In this document: one piece after another, positions 10,250 to 19,722 of the stretch
Layout of the letters: every line of letters begins with the position of its first letter
Numbering within the stretch: the stretch's first letter is position 1
The notes under the pieces: model-generated
Databases searched by the model: none
The model's input: only the letters and a program-made list of their open reading frames with translations
Told to the model about the DNA's origin: nothing
Translations under genes and position numbers: made by a program
Assembly (NCBI GenBank): GCA_021775475.1
Contig: JAJFHS010000070.1
Coordinates: 29,234 to 93,233, forward strand
Direction: 5' to 3'
Length of the DNA: 64,000 bases
From: Hyphomicrobiales bacterium
Lineage (GTDB): Bacteria > Pseudomonadota > Alphaproteobacteria > Rhizobiales > JAJFHR01

Positions 10250-11998
10250 ATGCTTTTAGGCAAGTATTTGACGGGCTCTAATGATAACCGGTGGTGCTTA
10301 TTGATGATACTGTGCGATCAATCCGAAATTGACGGCTATACAAAAGAAGGGGTTTGGGGGCAGGCAACTCTTGATGCCCTGTTTCGCAAAAACGTGCGCA
10401 GCCATGGCGACCAGATTGCCCTGAGCGACCCCCCTAACCGTGAGGATTTCACCTGCGGAGCTGCGCGCCGGCTTACCTATAGTGAAGCTGACGAGATTAT
10501 TAATGATCTAAGCGCCATGTTTCGCGTGCTTAAACTTGACCGTGATGATGTGGTGGCGGTGCAATTGCCCAACACGGTCGAATTGCCCCTGATGATCCTT
10601 GCCTGCTTTCGCGCCGGTTTGATTATTTCAATTCTGCCGACATCGTGGCGCCAGGCCGAACTGGAACGGGCTCTCAATAAAATTTCGCCAAAGGTTTTGA
10701 TTTCGCAATATATTGCCGGTGACGTCAATTTTCCTGATCTGATGCGCGAAACCACCGTCAATGTTCCTTCCATCCGCCATATTCTGGCCTTTGGCGATGA
10801 TGTCCCCGACGGCATTGTTGCGGTCGACAAGGCCATCAGTTTTGCCCGGGAGAATGACAATTTCATCTTTGATGCCGCGGACAATTCTGGTCCGGCAGGC
10901 GCCAATGATGTTGCCATAATTTCGTGGAATGGTACGGTTTCTCCCGATCTTAAACCGATACCACGTACGCACAATCACCTTATATCGGCTGGCCTGACTG
11001 TATTGCTTGAAGCTTCTCTGGAAAACCAGGGCTCTCTATTATGCCCTTTCAGCCTTTCCGGCCTCGCCGCTTTGGGAGCCTTTTTTGTACCGTGGATTTT
11101 AACCGGGAGCAGTCTTCACCTGCACCAGCCTTTTGACCGGTTCTGTTTCATGCAGCAAATCAGGCTGGAAAAACCGACATTCACGGGCCTGCCCGCAGCC
11201 GCACTGACAGGTCTGAGCGGGGGTGTTAAAAAGGGAAATTTGGACATTTCCTCTCTCAAGGCTCTGGCATGCCTGTGGCCGACTTTTGGCTCGCGCAATT
11301 CGAGCGCAAACATCGACGCGTCATTGCTACCGCCGATTATCGACATTGTCAGCATTAGTGAGCTGGCCCTTTTCAGTCATCGCCGCTCGGACAATCCGGC
11401 CATAAACTTCATTCCCCATGGCGACTGCAAGTTCCCCTCGTTTACCGAAGGTGCGCCTTCATTGATAACAACCCGGCTCAAAGGCTGTGCCATGAGAAAT
11501 GGCAGTGCCGGAACCATGTTAGTGGGGCAACTGATGATCAAAGGTCCGATGGTTTGTGCCGGCTGGTTTACGCCCAAAACTGTCGATGGAGAAGAACTTG
11601 CCGCACTGGAAACTGATGGCCAGGGGTTTATTGCCACCGGTGTGAAGTGTGAAATTGTCGACGAAAGCGGCCCCAAGCTGAAGCCTGTCGATCGCCTCAA
11701 CAATATTATTTATCACGGTGGTCTGGCTGTGGCGGCTGAAGATCTTGACGTGATTTATTCGGAATTTTCAGGCGTTGAACACGCTGTTGCCGTCTCTGTG
11801 CCTGATCCGATATTGGGCGAGCGCATCGCCGCTGCTATTGTTCCCGGCAGCGAAGCGGGATTTTCTTATGATGATTTCAAGAGTTTTCTGGAAAATCGTG
11901 AGCTGGCACCTTATAAAATTCCCTGCCGGGTGATTGAAGTGAAAGAAATTCCGGTTGATGACGAAGGTGTTGTTGTGCGCCAAGCCATTGAAACCTGA
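10250..11998 (+). CDS. adenylate-forming (AMP-binding) enzyme superfamily protein with degenerate core motifs
   Basis: ANL-type N-terminal region (RLTYSEADEIINDLSAMFRVLKLDRDDVVAVQLPNTVE..). The P-loop position reads IISWNGTVSPDLKPIPRTHNHL instead of (Y/T)SGTTGxPKG. The C-terminal GxK position reads DDEGVVVR, with no Lys. Start is uncertain (10250 or 10304). Confidence 0.7.
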   Translation: MLLGKYLTGSNDNRWCLLMILCDQSEIDGYTKEGVWGQATLDALFRKNVRSHGDQIALSDPPNREDFTCGAARRLTYSEADEIINDLSAMFRVLKLDRDDVVAVQLPNTVELPLMILACFRAGLIISILPTSWRQAELERALNKISPKVLISQYIAGDVNFPDLMRETTVNVPSIRHILAFGDDVPDGIVAVDKAISFARENDNFIFDAADNSGPAGANDVAIISWNGTVSPDLKPIPRTHNHLISAGLTVLLEASLENQGSLLCPFSLSGLAALGAFFVPWILTGSSLHLHQPFDRFCFMQQIRLEKPTFTGLPAAALTGLSGGVKKGNLDISSLKALACLWPTFGSRNSSANIDASLLPPIIDIVSISELALFSHRRSDNPAINFIPHGDCKFPSFTEGAPSLITTRLKGCAMRNGSAGTMLVGQLMIKGPMVCAGWFTPKTVDGEELAALETDGQGFIATGVKCEIVDESGPKLKPVDRLNNIIYHGGLAVAAEDLDVIYSEFSGVEHAVAVSVPDPILGERIAAAIVPGSEAGFSYDDFKSFLENRELAPYKIPCRVIEVKEIPVDDEGVVVRQAIET

Positions 11999-12017
11999 CC
12001 TCAAAACGGTAGGACAG

Positions 12018-13583
12018 ATGCGCTCAACCCACCACTACAGGGGTGATGCACCACCGGAATTTTTAAATCTGGCGCACTATTGCCTGGCCGCAACTGCGCA
12101 ACAGTTTCCCGAAAAAATCGGTCTGATTGCCGCCACCAACCCACACGGTGCCGGTGATGATGAAAGCTGGACTTTTGCAGAACTTGAAAAAATTGTTTTA
12201 ACCGGTGCGCGAGGATTGCTGGAGTGCGGCATCAATCCCGGCGACAGGTTATTGATCAGGCTGGATAATACTGCAAATTATGCCTTTCTGTTTTTAGCGG
12301 CAACAGCTGCCGGTATCATCCCTATTCCCTCTTCAGCACAATTAACTGCCGAAGAAATCGCATATATAATTGAAGATGCCACCCCTTGCGCCATCGCCGT
12401 TGACCCAGACCTGGCAATGCCTGATGTGTGTGCTTCTGTAAAAATTCTTCTACTTGATGATGTTGCAAAAATCCTCACCACCGGCCCGAGCGGTGCTTAC
12501 GCCAATACTCACAACAATGACCCGGTTTACCTGATTTATACTTCTGGCACCTCTGGCCGTCCCAAGGGTGTTTTACATGCACACCGGGCTGCCTGGGGGC
12601 GGCGACCGATGTATCTGGGTTGGTATGGCATCGACCATGAGGATATTCTCCTGCATGCCGGTGCCTTCAACTGGACCTATACTCTTGGCACCGGATTGTT
12701 GGATCCCTGGGCCAACGGGGCAACAACCGTCGTCTATACCGGAAAACGCGACGCTACTGTGTGGCCGCTACTTATTGCCAGTCATCAAGCTACCATTTTT
12801 GCCGCTGTACCCGGGGTTTATCGACAGGTTTTAAAGTATAACAGGAATTTCAGAAAATCCGTTTCAACACTGCGCCACGGCCTTGTTGCCGGTGAGCCCC
12901 TGCCCGCGAAAGTGGCGGAAGACTGGGAGCGTGAAACCGGCACAAGACTTTATGAAGCACTGGGGATGAGTGAGATTTCCACCTATATATCCTCGAGCCC
13001 GCGCACCGGCATAAAACCGGGTTCTCCGGGAAAGGCGCAAGCGGGACGCTCCCTTGCCATTATTCCTACGACCGGAAATCCCGAGCCGCTTCCAGCCAAC
13101 CAGACAGGGTTGATAGGTGTGCACAGGTCGGACCCAGGGTTGATGCTGAGGTACTGGAGCCAGGACGGTGAGTTTGAAAAGTCGTTTCGTGGCGAGTGGT
13201 TTTGCGGCGGCGATCTGGGCGAATTCGATGAGGACGGGTATTTCTGGTTCAAGGGACGCAATGACGATCTTATGAACGCGCAAGGCTATCGCGTATCCCC
13301 GCTCGAAGTCGAACAAGCTTTGATGCAACATGAAGGAGTTGCCGAGGCAGCGGTTGCGGAAATCAGAGTGCGTGAGGACTTGTCGATTGTCGTTGGTTTT
13401 ATTGTTATGGAAGAAAACCAGACGATTTCCAGTGACGCCCTCAATGTTTTTCTAACTCAACACCTTGCCGATTACAAATGCCCAAAGCAGTTTAAAATGG
13501 TTGCCCGCCTGCCCCGCAGCGCCAACGGCAAGCTTTTACGACGACAGCTTTCCACGCTATTTTCTCAAACTCTGCAACCATAG
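12018..13583 (+). CDS. acyl-CoA / aryl-CoA synthetase (canonical AMP-dependent ligase)
   Basis: IYTSGTSGRPKGVLHAHRA, YEALGMSE, GDLGEFDEDGYFWFKGRNDDLMNAQGYRVSPLEVE, LPRSANGKLLRRQL. I chose the start at MRSTHHY (ATG 12018), just after the upstream stop. The track ORF starts at 11955. Confidence 0.85.
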   Translation: MRSTHHYRGDAPPEFLNLAHYCLAATAQQFPEKIGLIAATNPHGAGDDESWTFAELEKIVLTGARGLLECGINPGDRLLIRLDNTANYAFLFLAATAAGIIPIPSSAQLTAEEIAYIIEDATPCAIAVDPDLAMPDVCASVKILLLDDVAKILTTGPSGAYANTHNNDPVYLIYTSGTSGRPKGVLHAHRAAWGRRPMYLGWYGIDHEDILLHAGAFNWTYTLGTGLLDPWANGATTVVYTGKRDATVWPLLIASHQATIFAAVPGVYRQVLKYNRNFRKSVSTLRHGLVAGEPLPAKVAEDWERETGTRLYEALGMSEISTYISSSPRTGIKPGSPGKAQAGRSLAIIPTTGNPEPLPANQTGLIGVHRSDPGLMLRYWSQDGEFEKSFRGEWFCGGDLGEFDEDGYFWFKGRNDDLMNAQGYRVSPLEVEQALMQHEGVAEAAVAEIRVREDLSIVVGFIVMEENQTISSDALNVFLTQHLADYKCPKQFKMVARLPRSANGKLLRRQLSTLFSQTLQP

Positions 13584-13718
13584 ATTAAAAATTCATCAAA
13601 TATTTACCTAAGTTTCCGATAAAAACAGGGTGTTTTTTTGGAGATTCCCAGTTTCAATCCGCTTCAGGCTTTGAAAAACCGGCCGGAGCAGCGTTTTAGG
13701 TCAAGGGCGTATAATTTC

Positions 13719-15110
13719 ATGCATGTTCAAGCTCGAATTCTCGTAGTCGCAAATCAGGAAGTAATCCGTCATTCATTGGCGCGAAAACTGGAGGAAAACG
13801 GTTACGAGGCAGATTCTGCCAATGTTCTTGTTGCTGAAACGATGTGCGTCGGCGACAAACGACCAGATCTTGTGCTGATTGATCTACAGGGCGAAGACAA
13901 AAATTGCGACATCACTCCTCATCTCAAACTAGCCGATAGATTGAAGTCTGAATTTGGCGGCTCACCTTTACCTATCATAATCATAGGTGGCTCAAGCAAA
14001 CAAATGGCGACGCATATTCATGGCGCACGCGATATGGGGCGCATTGATGATGCTATTCTCAACCCCATAGATGATCTGCAGATATTCGGGCGCATCAATT
14101 CACTGGTGCGCCTCAATACCATGCGCGAAGAACTGGTCCGGCGTCTGGACACCACATCAAAGTATGGTTTGGAGGCACCGGAGTTTACGCACCCGCCCAA
14201 ACATATTGAAGATGCAACAATTCTGGTGCTGGGGGCGAATTCATCTTTCCAGATCATAGAAAATGCCCTGGCCAAACATGCAACCCTGGTGGGGGCTTTG
14301 ACCGCCGGTACGGCGCTGGATTATATGTTGCGGCGGGATTTTGATGCAGTTTTGATTGATGTGGAAGGCTCGGAACACCCCTACCTGGAATTCTGTCAGG
14401 ATATACGCCGTAACTCACAACTCTATAATACGCCGATTGTAATGATCGCTGATCCTGCCACCATGTCAAATCCATCTCGCGCCTTTGATATTGGTGTGAC
14501 TGATATTCTGGCCAAGCCAATTGAGGTGAGTGAGTTGCAAGCGCGCATGCTAACTCTCATCCGCGAACTTCGTTTTCGTGATGCCTTGCGAAATATATAC
14601 TCCAAGGCCCGTCACCTGGCTACCAGCGACGGCCTGACCGGGCTTTACAGTCGTGGGTTTTTACTCGAGCATATGGCCTCCCAGATCGCTAATGCGGAAA
14701 AAACCGGCAAGCCTCTGACAATCGCATTTTTCAACATCACCAACATAAATCAGATCAATGCCAGACACGGGTATGCTGTTGGTGACAGAATAATTCGCCA
14801 GGTAGGTGACGTTATGGGCATGCTGGTGCGTGGTGAAGATTTGACTGCGCGTTATTCTGGTGCGCGTTTTTGTGTGCTGTTGCCAGACACATTACCCGAT
14901 GCTGCCAAAATTGCGGTTAAACGAATTGCCGGTGTGGTCAATTTCACCGAGTTTTCCGTGCAAGATGTGCATGAACCCATCAGGATAGAGCTCGGCCACG
15001 CCGTTGCGGGTTTCCGCTCTGGCGATCGCGCAGAAGAACTGGTGTCGCGAGCGCGCAAACGGATATTCGAAATCGTTAACCCCACACCGCTGGCAATGAC
15101 CGGGGCATAA
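13719..15110 (+). CDS. PleD/PopA-like REC-REC-GGDEF protein with a degenerate active site and a retained I-site
   Basis: ARILVVAN...PDLVLIDL (REC1), ATILVLG...FDAVLIDV...ILAKPIE (REC2), then DGLTGLYSRGF...RGEDLTARYSGARFCVLL (GGDEF domain with SGARF in place of GG[DE]EF). I chose the start at ATG 13719. The track ORF begins at a TTG at 13638. Confidence 0.8.
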   Translation: MHVQARILVVANQEVIRHSLARKLEENGYEADSANVLVAETMCVGDKRPDLVLIDLQGEDKNCDITPHLKLADRLKSEFGGSPLPIIIIGGSSKQMATHIHGARDMGRIDDAILNPIDDLQIFGRINSLVRLNTMREELVRRLDTTSKYGLEAPEFTHPPKHIEDATILVLGANSSFQIIENALAKHATLVGALTAGTALDYMLRRDFDAVLIDVEGSEHPYLEFCQDIRRNSQLYNTPIVMIADPATMSNPSRAFDIGVTDILAKPIEVSELQARMLTLIRELRFRDALRNIYSKARHLATSDGLTGLYSRGFLLEHMASQIANAEKTGKPLTIAFFNITNINQINARHGYAVGDRIIRQVGDVMGMLVRGEDLTARYSGARFCVLLPDTLPDAAKIAVKRIAGVVNFTEFSVQDVHEPIRIELGHAVAGFRSGDRAEELVSRARKRIFEIVNPTPLAMTGA

Positions 15111-15187
15111 TTACCCGCAAAAATTGCAACGTGCAGAGAATTGCACGATACTCTGCCACAACTTAAATTTTGGTAGCAGAAAATCTT

Positions 15188-15841
15188 ATGGCGAATTCAC
15201 AACCTATTGTTATCGACGTCGTTTCCGACGTTATGTGCCCGTGGTGTTACATCGGCAAACGCAGGCTGGAGACAGCCATAAAACAACGCCCGGATCTCGA
15301 TATTGTAGTTCAGTGGCACCCTTTCCAGCTTGATGCCACTATCCCCAAAGGTGGTATGGACCGTCAGGAGTACCTCAGCCGGAAGTTTGGTGGCCCCGAA
15401 GGTGCCAAATCTGTCTATGCCAATATTGTCGAGGCGGGGGTTGCGGAAAATATCCCCTTTGCTTTTGACAAAATTCCCTATTCGCCCAACACCATTAATT
15501 GTCACCGGCTTATACACTGGTCAAAACAAGATGGTCATCAAGACGCTTTGGTCGAACGCCTGTTCGAGATGTTTTTTATCGAAGGGTTAGATGTGGGGGA
15601 TCATACCGTATTGCAAAAAGCGGCCCAGAAGGTCGGTATGGATGGCGAGAAAGTCAAACAGCTTCTGGCTGGTGACAGCGATTGTGACACCATAGAACAA
15701 AGCATTGCCTCAGTTCAAAAGATGGGCATTCAAGGTGTTCCGTGTTTTATATTTGACAATAAATATGCGATCTCAGGTGCGCAAAGTCCTGATGTGATTT
15801 TGGAACTCCTGGATAAAATCACTCAGGAAACCGCCGATTGA
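15188..15841 (+). CDS. DsbA-family thiol oxidoreductase (FrnE / 2-hydroxychromene-2-carboxylate isomerase-like)
   Basis: IVIDVVSDVMCPWCYIGKRRL with a CPWC redox motif, and GVPCFIFDNKYAISGAQ. Start at ATG 15188. The 3' end overlaps the convergent mfd by 19 bp. Confidence 0.85.
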   Translation: MANSQPIVIDVVSDVMCPWCYIGKRRLETAIKQRPDLDIVVQWHPFQLDATIPKGGMDRQEYLSRKFGGPEGAKSVYANIVEAGVAENIPFAFDKIPYSPNTINCHRLIHWSKQDGHQDALVERLFEMFFIEGLDVGDHTVLQKAAQKVGMDGEKVKQLLAGDSDCDTIEQSIASVQKMGIQGVPCFIFDNKYAISGAQSPDVILELLDKITQETAD

Positions 15842-18800
15842 TCTGCAATTTTTGAGAGTTGAGCCAACAGGGTTCTGGCACCATCAAGACGTATTTCAGG
15901 CGACGGCCAGTCGCGTATCAAAACCAGCTTGTGATCGGGTCTGAGTTTGGCATTGCGGCCCTGATCATTGATAAAATCAATCAGTCCTGCCGGATTTTTG
16001 AATTGATCGTTCCTGAATTTGACCACAGCGCCTTTGGGACCGGCATCAATTGACTGAATACCCGCGCCACGACACAGGCCTTTGATGGCGACAACTTTGA
16101 GAAGATGATCGACTTCTTCTGGGAATGAGCCAAACCGGTCAATCAGTTCGGCTGCAAAACTTTCGATTTCATCATTGCTGATGAGTGTCGACAGGCGCCG
16201 GTATAGGCCGAGGCGCAATTGCAGGTCGGAGACATAATTTTCCGGGATCAAAACCGAAGTGCCAATATTGATTTGCGGCGACCATTGACCGTCATCTTCA
16301 TCACCATCACCGGCACGCAGACTGGCGACGGCTTCCTCCAGCATGTCCTGATAAAGCTCAAAGCCCACTTCTTTGATGTGACCTGATTGTTCATCGCCTA
16401 GTAAGTTACCGGCACCGCGAATATCAAGGTCATGACTGGCCAGAGAAAACCCGGCACCAAGCGTATCGAGCGATTGCAACACCTTGAGGCGTTTTTGTGC
16501 CGTATCTGTCAGCTTTTTGTTGGCAGCAAGCGTAAACAGCGCATAAGCCCTGATTTTTGACCGGCCAACGCGCCCGCGCAGTTGATACAATTGCGCCAGG
16601 CCAAACATGTCGGCGCGATGGACAATCAATGTATTGGCGGTGGGAATATCAATGCCGGATTCAATTATGGTGGTGGAGAGCAGAACATCATATTTGCCCT
16701 CGTAAAAAGCCGTCATGATGTCTTCGAGTTGGCTTGAGGCCATTTGACCATGGGCGGTGGCAACTCTCAGTTCGGGCACATGCTCGGTGAGGTATTCGTG
16801 GCGGCCGCGAATGTCGGATACTCTCGGGCAGACATAAAAACTTTGCCCGCCGCGATAACGCTCACGCAGCAAAGCTTCGCGCAATACCATGGGATCAAAC
16901 GGCGTAATGAAGGTGCGCACCGCCAGCCGGTCGACCGGTGGGGTGGCAATCAATGATAATTCGCGCACGCCCGTGAGTGCCAGTTGCAGGGTGCGCGGTA
17001 TCGGTGTGGCGGTCAGTGTCAGCACATGAACATTGGTGCGCATCTCTTTGAGGCGCTCTTTGTGAGCGACACCAAAGTGTTGTTCTTCATCAATGATCAA
17101 AAGCCCGAGATCCTGGAACTTCATATTTTTGCCCAAAAGAGCGTGGGTGCCGATAACGATGTCGACCTCACCTTTGGCGATGTCTTCCTTGGTTTTGACG
17201 AGTTCCTTGGCAGAAATCAGGCGTGAAAGTTGCTCAATTCGTACCGGCAGGCCAGAAAAACGTTCGATGAAGGTGGCAAAATGCTGCCGCGCCAGCAATG
17301 TGGTCGGTACAACAACGGCGATTTGGCGTCCGGCCATCACCGCCACCAAAGCTGCACGCAAGGCCACTTCGGTTTTACCAAAACCGACATCACCGCAGAT
17401 AAGCCGGTCCATGGGCCTGCCACTGGCTAAATCTTCTAAAACCGCATCAATGGCATTGGCCTGATCTTCGGTTTCTTCAAACGGAAAGCGGGCGCAAAAC
17501 TCATCATAGAGGCCGGAAGGCGGGTGCATGATTTCACCGCTTTTTAGTTCGCGCTGGGCGGCAATCTTTATGAGTTGCTCGGCCATGACGCGAATGCGCT
17601 GCTTCAGTTTGGCTTTGCGGCTTTGCCAGCCAAGACCGCCAAGGCGATCAAGTTCAACGGACGTATCTTCCGAGCCGTAGCGACTCAGCAGTTCGATGTT
17701 TTCAACCGGTAAAAACAGCCGGTCACCGCCGCGATAACTCAGTTGCAGACAATCGTGTGGGGCACCGGCTGCATCAATGGTTTTGAGGCCTTCAAAACGC
17801 GCAATACCATGATCGATATGAACCACCAAATCACCTTGCGACAGGCTGGTGGCTTCGGTGAGGAAGGCTGCCGGGCGACGTTTTCGCTTGCTCTGCCGAA
17901 TAAAACGATCACCGAGTATGTCCTGTTCGGCAATAATACCTAGGTTTTCTGATTCAAATCCTGCTTCGAGACCAAGAACAATGAGCCCGACCGATGCTTT
18001 TGAAAGTGCTTGGGCATCGCGCCAGTTATCGACGTTCACAACCTGATCAATGCCATGATCCAGCAACACGCCTTTGAGGCGTTCGCGCGCACCGATACTC
18101 CAGCTTGCCACCAGGGCACGCTTGTTATTTTCCTGTAATTTTTGAATATGGCTGGCCATGGCATCAAAGACATTGCGTTTTTCGTCAGCGCGTTCGGCAG
18201 CAAAACTCCGGCCCTGGCGACCGTTGAAGGCCATTAATTTACCGCTGTCACTGCTGGCCACAACTTCAAACGGGGTGATGAAACGCACCAGACGCTTGTC
18301 CAGAAGATGAACCCACTCCTGTTTGTCGAGGTAGAGACCTGAAGGATCAAGAGGCTTATAGGGCGGTGCGCCAAAAGCCTTGGTGTCGGTTGTGTCTTTG
18401 CGGGCCTGCCAATAATCGTCAAATTGTTTGAGCCGGTCATCTATGGCTTCTTCGACCAGATGGTCCATCACCACCATGGCACCGGGGGCATAGTCAAACA
18501 GGGTCGACAGGTCATCGTAAAATAGTGGCAGCCAATGTTCGACACCTTGATAACGGCGACCATCAGAGATTGCCGCATAAAGCGGGTCTTCATCACGCAC
18601 GGTACCGAATTTTTCCACGTAGCCGGAGCGAAATTTTCGGATCAGATCGGGGTTCAACTCAACTTCGCTGGCCGGAAGAAGCTTTAATTCCGGCAATTGC
18701 TGCAAAGTGCGCTGGCTTTCGGTATCAAACGTGCGGATCGATTCGACCGTATCGCCGAAAAAATCAAGGCGCACAGGGTTTTCTACTCCGGGTGGATAAA

Positions 18801-19329
18801 GGTCAACTATGCCGCCACGCACGGCGAAATCACCCGGCTCCATTACCGCACCGGTGCGGGCATAACCATTGGCGGTAAGAAACGAATTGAGCTTATCCAT
18901 ATCCAGTTGATTGCCCGGGCGTATGCATAAAGCTGCTGCGGCGATATAATCGCGTGGGCTTACACGCTGCAGGACAGCATTGACGGTGGTGAGGATGACG
19001 GCTGCCTGGTTTTCCTCAACCGCCAGTTCACTCAACGCGGCTATACGCCGGGCAACGATCTCTTGATGCGGCGATACCCGGTCATACGGTAGGCAGTCCC
19101 AGGCGGGAAACTCGATTTGTTTTATGTCAGGTGCGAAAAAGCCAAGACTTTCCTTCAGGTTGGACAGGCGCTGGTCGTCCATGGCAATGAAGATCAAAGT
19201 GGATGAGGCACTGTCTGCTGCCGCTGCAAAACTACGAAACAGGTCGCCAAGAACCTGCCCGTCCAACCCTTCAGGTACCCCGGAAAAAGTAGCCTTTTTG
19301 GCTGAAATTATCGATTTGTCGAAATGCAT
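15823..19329 (-). CDS. mfd: transcription-repair coupling factor
   Basis: 1168 aa. GDVGFGKTEVALRAA (Walker A), IIDEEQHFG, LTLTATPIPRTL, QLRGRVGRS, and a UvrB-homology N-terminal region. Confidence 0.97.
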   Translation of the reverse strand: MHFDKSIISAKKATFSGVPEGLDGQVLGDLFRSFAAAADSASSTLIFIAMDDQRLSNLKESLGFFAPDIKQIEFPAWDCLPYDRVSPHQEIVARRIAALSELAVEENQAAVILTTVNAVLQRVSPRDYIAAAALCIRPGNQLDMDKLNSFLTANGYARTGAVMEPGDFAVRGGIVDLYPPGVENPVRLDFFGDTVESIRTFDTESQRTLQQLPELKLLPASEVELNPDLIRKFRSGYVEKFGTVRDEDPLYAAISDGRRYQGVEHWLPLFYDDLSTLFDYAPGAMVVMDHLVEEAIDDRLKQFDDYWQARKDTTDTKAFGAPPYKPLDPSGLYLDKQEWVHLLDKRLVRFITPFEVVASSDSGKLMAFNGRQGRSFAAERADEKRNVFDAMASHIQKLQENNKRALVASWSIGARERLKGVLLDHGIDQVVNVDNWRDAQALSKASVGLIVLGLEAGFESENLGIIAEQDILGDRFIRQSKRKRRPAAFLTEATSLSQGDLVVHIDHGIARFEGLKTIDAAGAPHDCLQLSYRGGDRLFLPVENIELLSRYGSEDTSVELDRLGGLGWQSRKAKLKQRIRVMAEQLIKIAAQRELKSGEIMHPPSGLYDEFCARFPFEETEDQANAIDAVLEDLASGRPMDRLICGDVGFGKTEVALRAALVAVMAGRQIAVVVPTTLLARQHFATFIERFSGLPVRIEQLSRLISAKELVKTKEDIAKGEVDIVIGTHALLGKNMKFQDLGLLIIDEEQHFGVAHKERLKEMRTNVHVLTLTATPIPRTLQLALTGVRELSLIATPPVDRLAVRTFITPFDPMVLREALLRERYRGGQSFYVCPRVSDIRGRHEYLTEHVPELRVATAHGQMASSQLEDIMTAFYEGKYDVLLSTTIIESGIDIPTANTLIVHRADMFGLAQLYQLRGRVGRSKIRAYALFTLAANKKLTDTAQKRLKVLQSLDTLGAGFSLASHDLDIRGAGNLLGDEQSGHIKEVGFELYQDMLEEAVASLRAGDGDEDDGQWSPQINIGTSVLIPENYVSDLQLRLGLYRRLSTLISNDEIESFAAELIDRFGSFPEEVDHLLKVVAIKGLCRGAGIQSIDAGPKGAVVKFRNDQFKNPAGLIDFINDQGRNAKLRPDHKLVLIRDWPSPEIRLDGARTLLAQLSKIADQSAVS

Positions 19330-19336
19330 CTGGTCT

Positions 19337-19645
19337 CTAGTCGATTTTAGTGAAGTCCGGGGGAATCATCTGGAAGGATTTTAGCGTTTTCATGATGTCA
19401 TTGTCGAATTCTTCCGGCACCGGCTTGGCCCCTGACACCCAGGTATAAAGTTCATCATCGGCCTGTTTCAAAAGATGTGAGAAAATATCCATTTCGGCCG
19501 ATGACATTCGGGCTAGATGTTCATCGGCATATTTGCCTAGTATCAGGTCCATTTCCTTGATGCCACGGTGCCAGGCGCGAAATTTAAGCTTTTTACGCCG
19601 GTGTTCAAGAGCTTTATCTGTTGCTGTCATTACATTGGGTGCCAT
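19337..19645 (-). CDS. sdhE: succinate dehydrogenase FAD assembly factor SdhE/SDHAF2 family (DUF339)
   Basis: LKFRAWHRGIKEMDLILGKY contains the RGxxE motif. About 100 aa. Sits between mfd and recG. Confidence 0.85.
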   Translation of the reverse strand: MAPNVMTATDKALEHRRKKLKFRAWHRGIKEMDLILGKYADEHLARMSSAEMDIFSHLLKQADDELYTWVSGAKPVPEEFDNDIMKTLKSFQMIPPDFTKID

Positions 19646-19722
19646 ATTTTATGTGATACCCCATGCGTCTTATCTGATAAACCTATGGTCAGGAAACAAC
19701 ATTTTATTTTTGGTGTGTCTAA

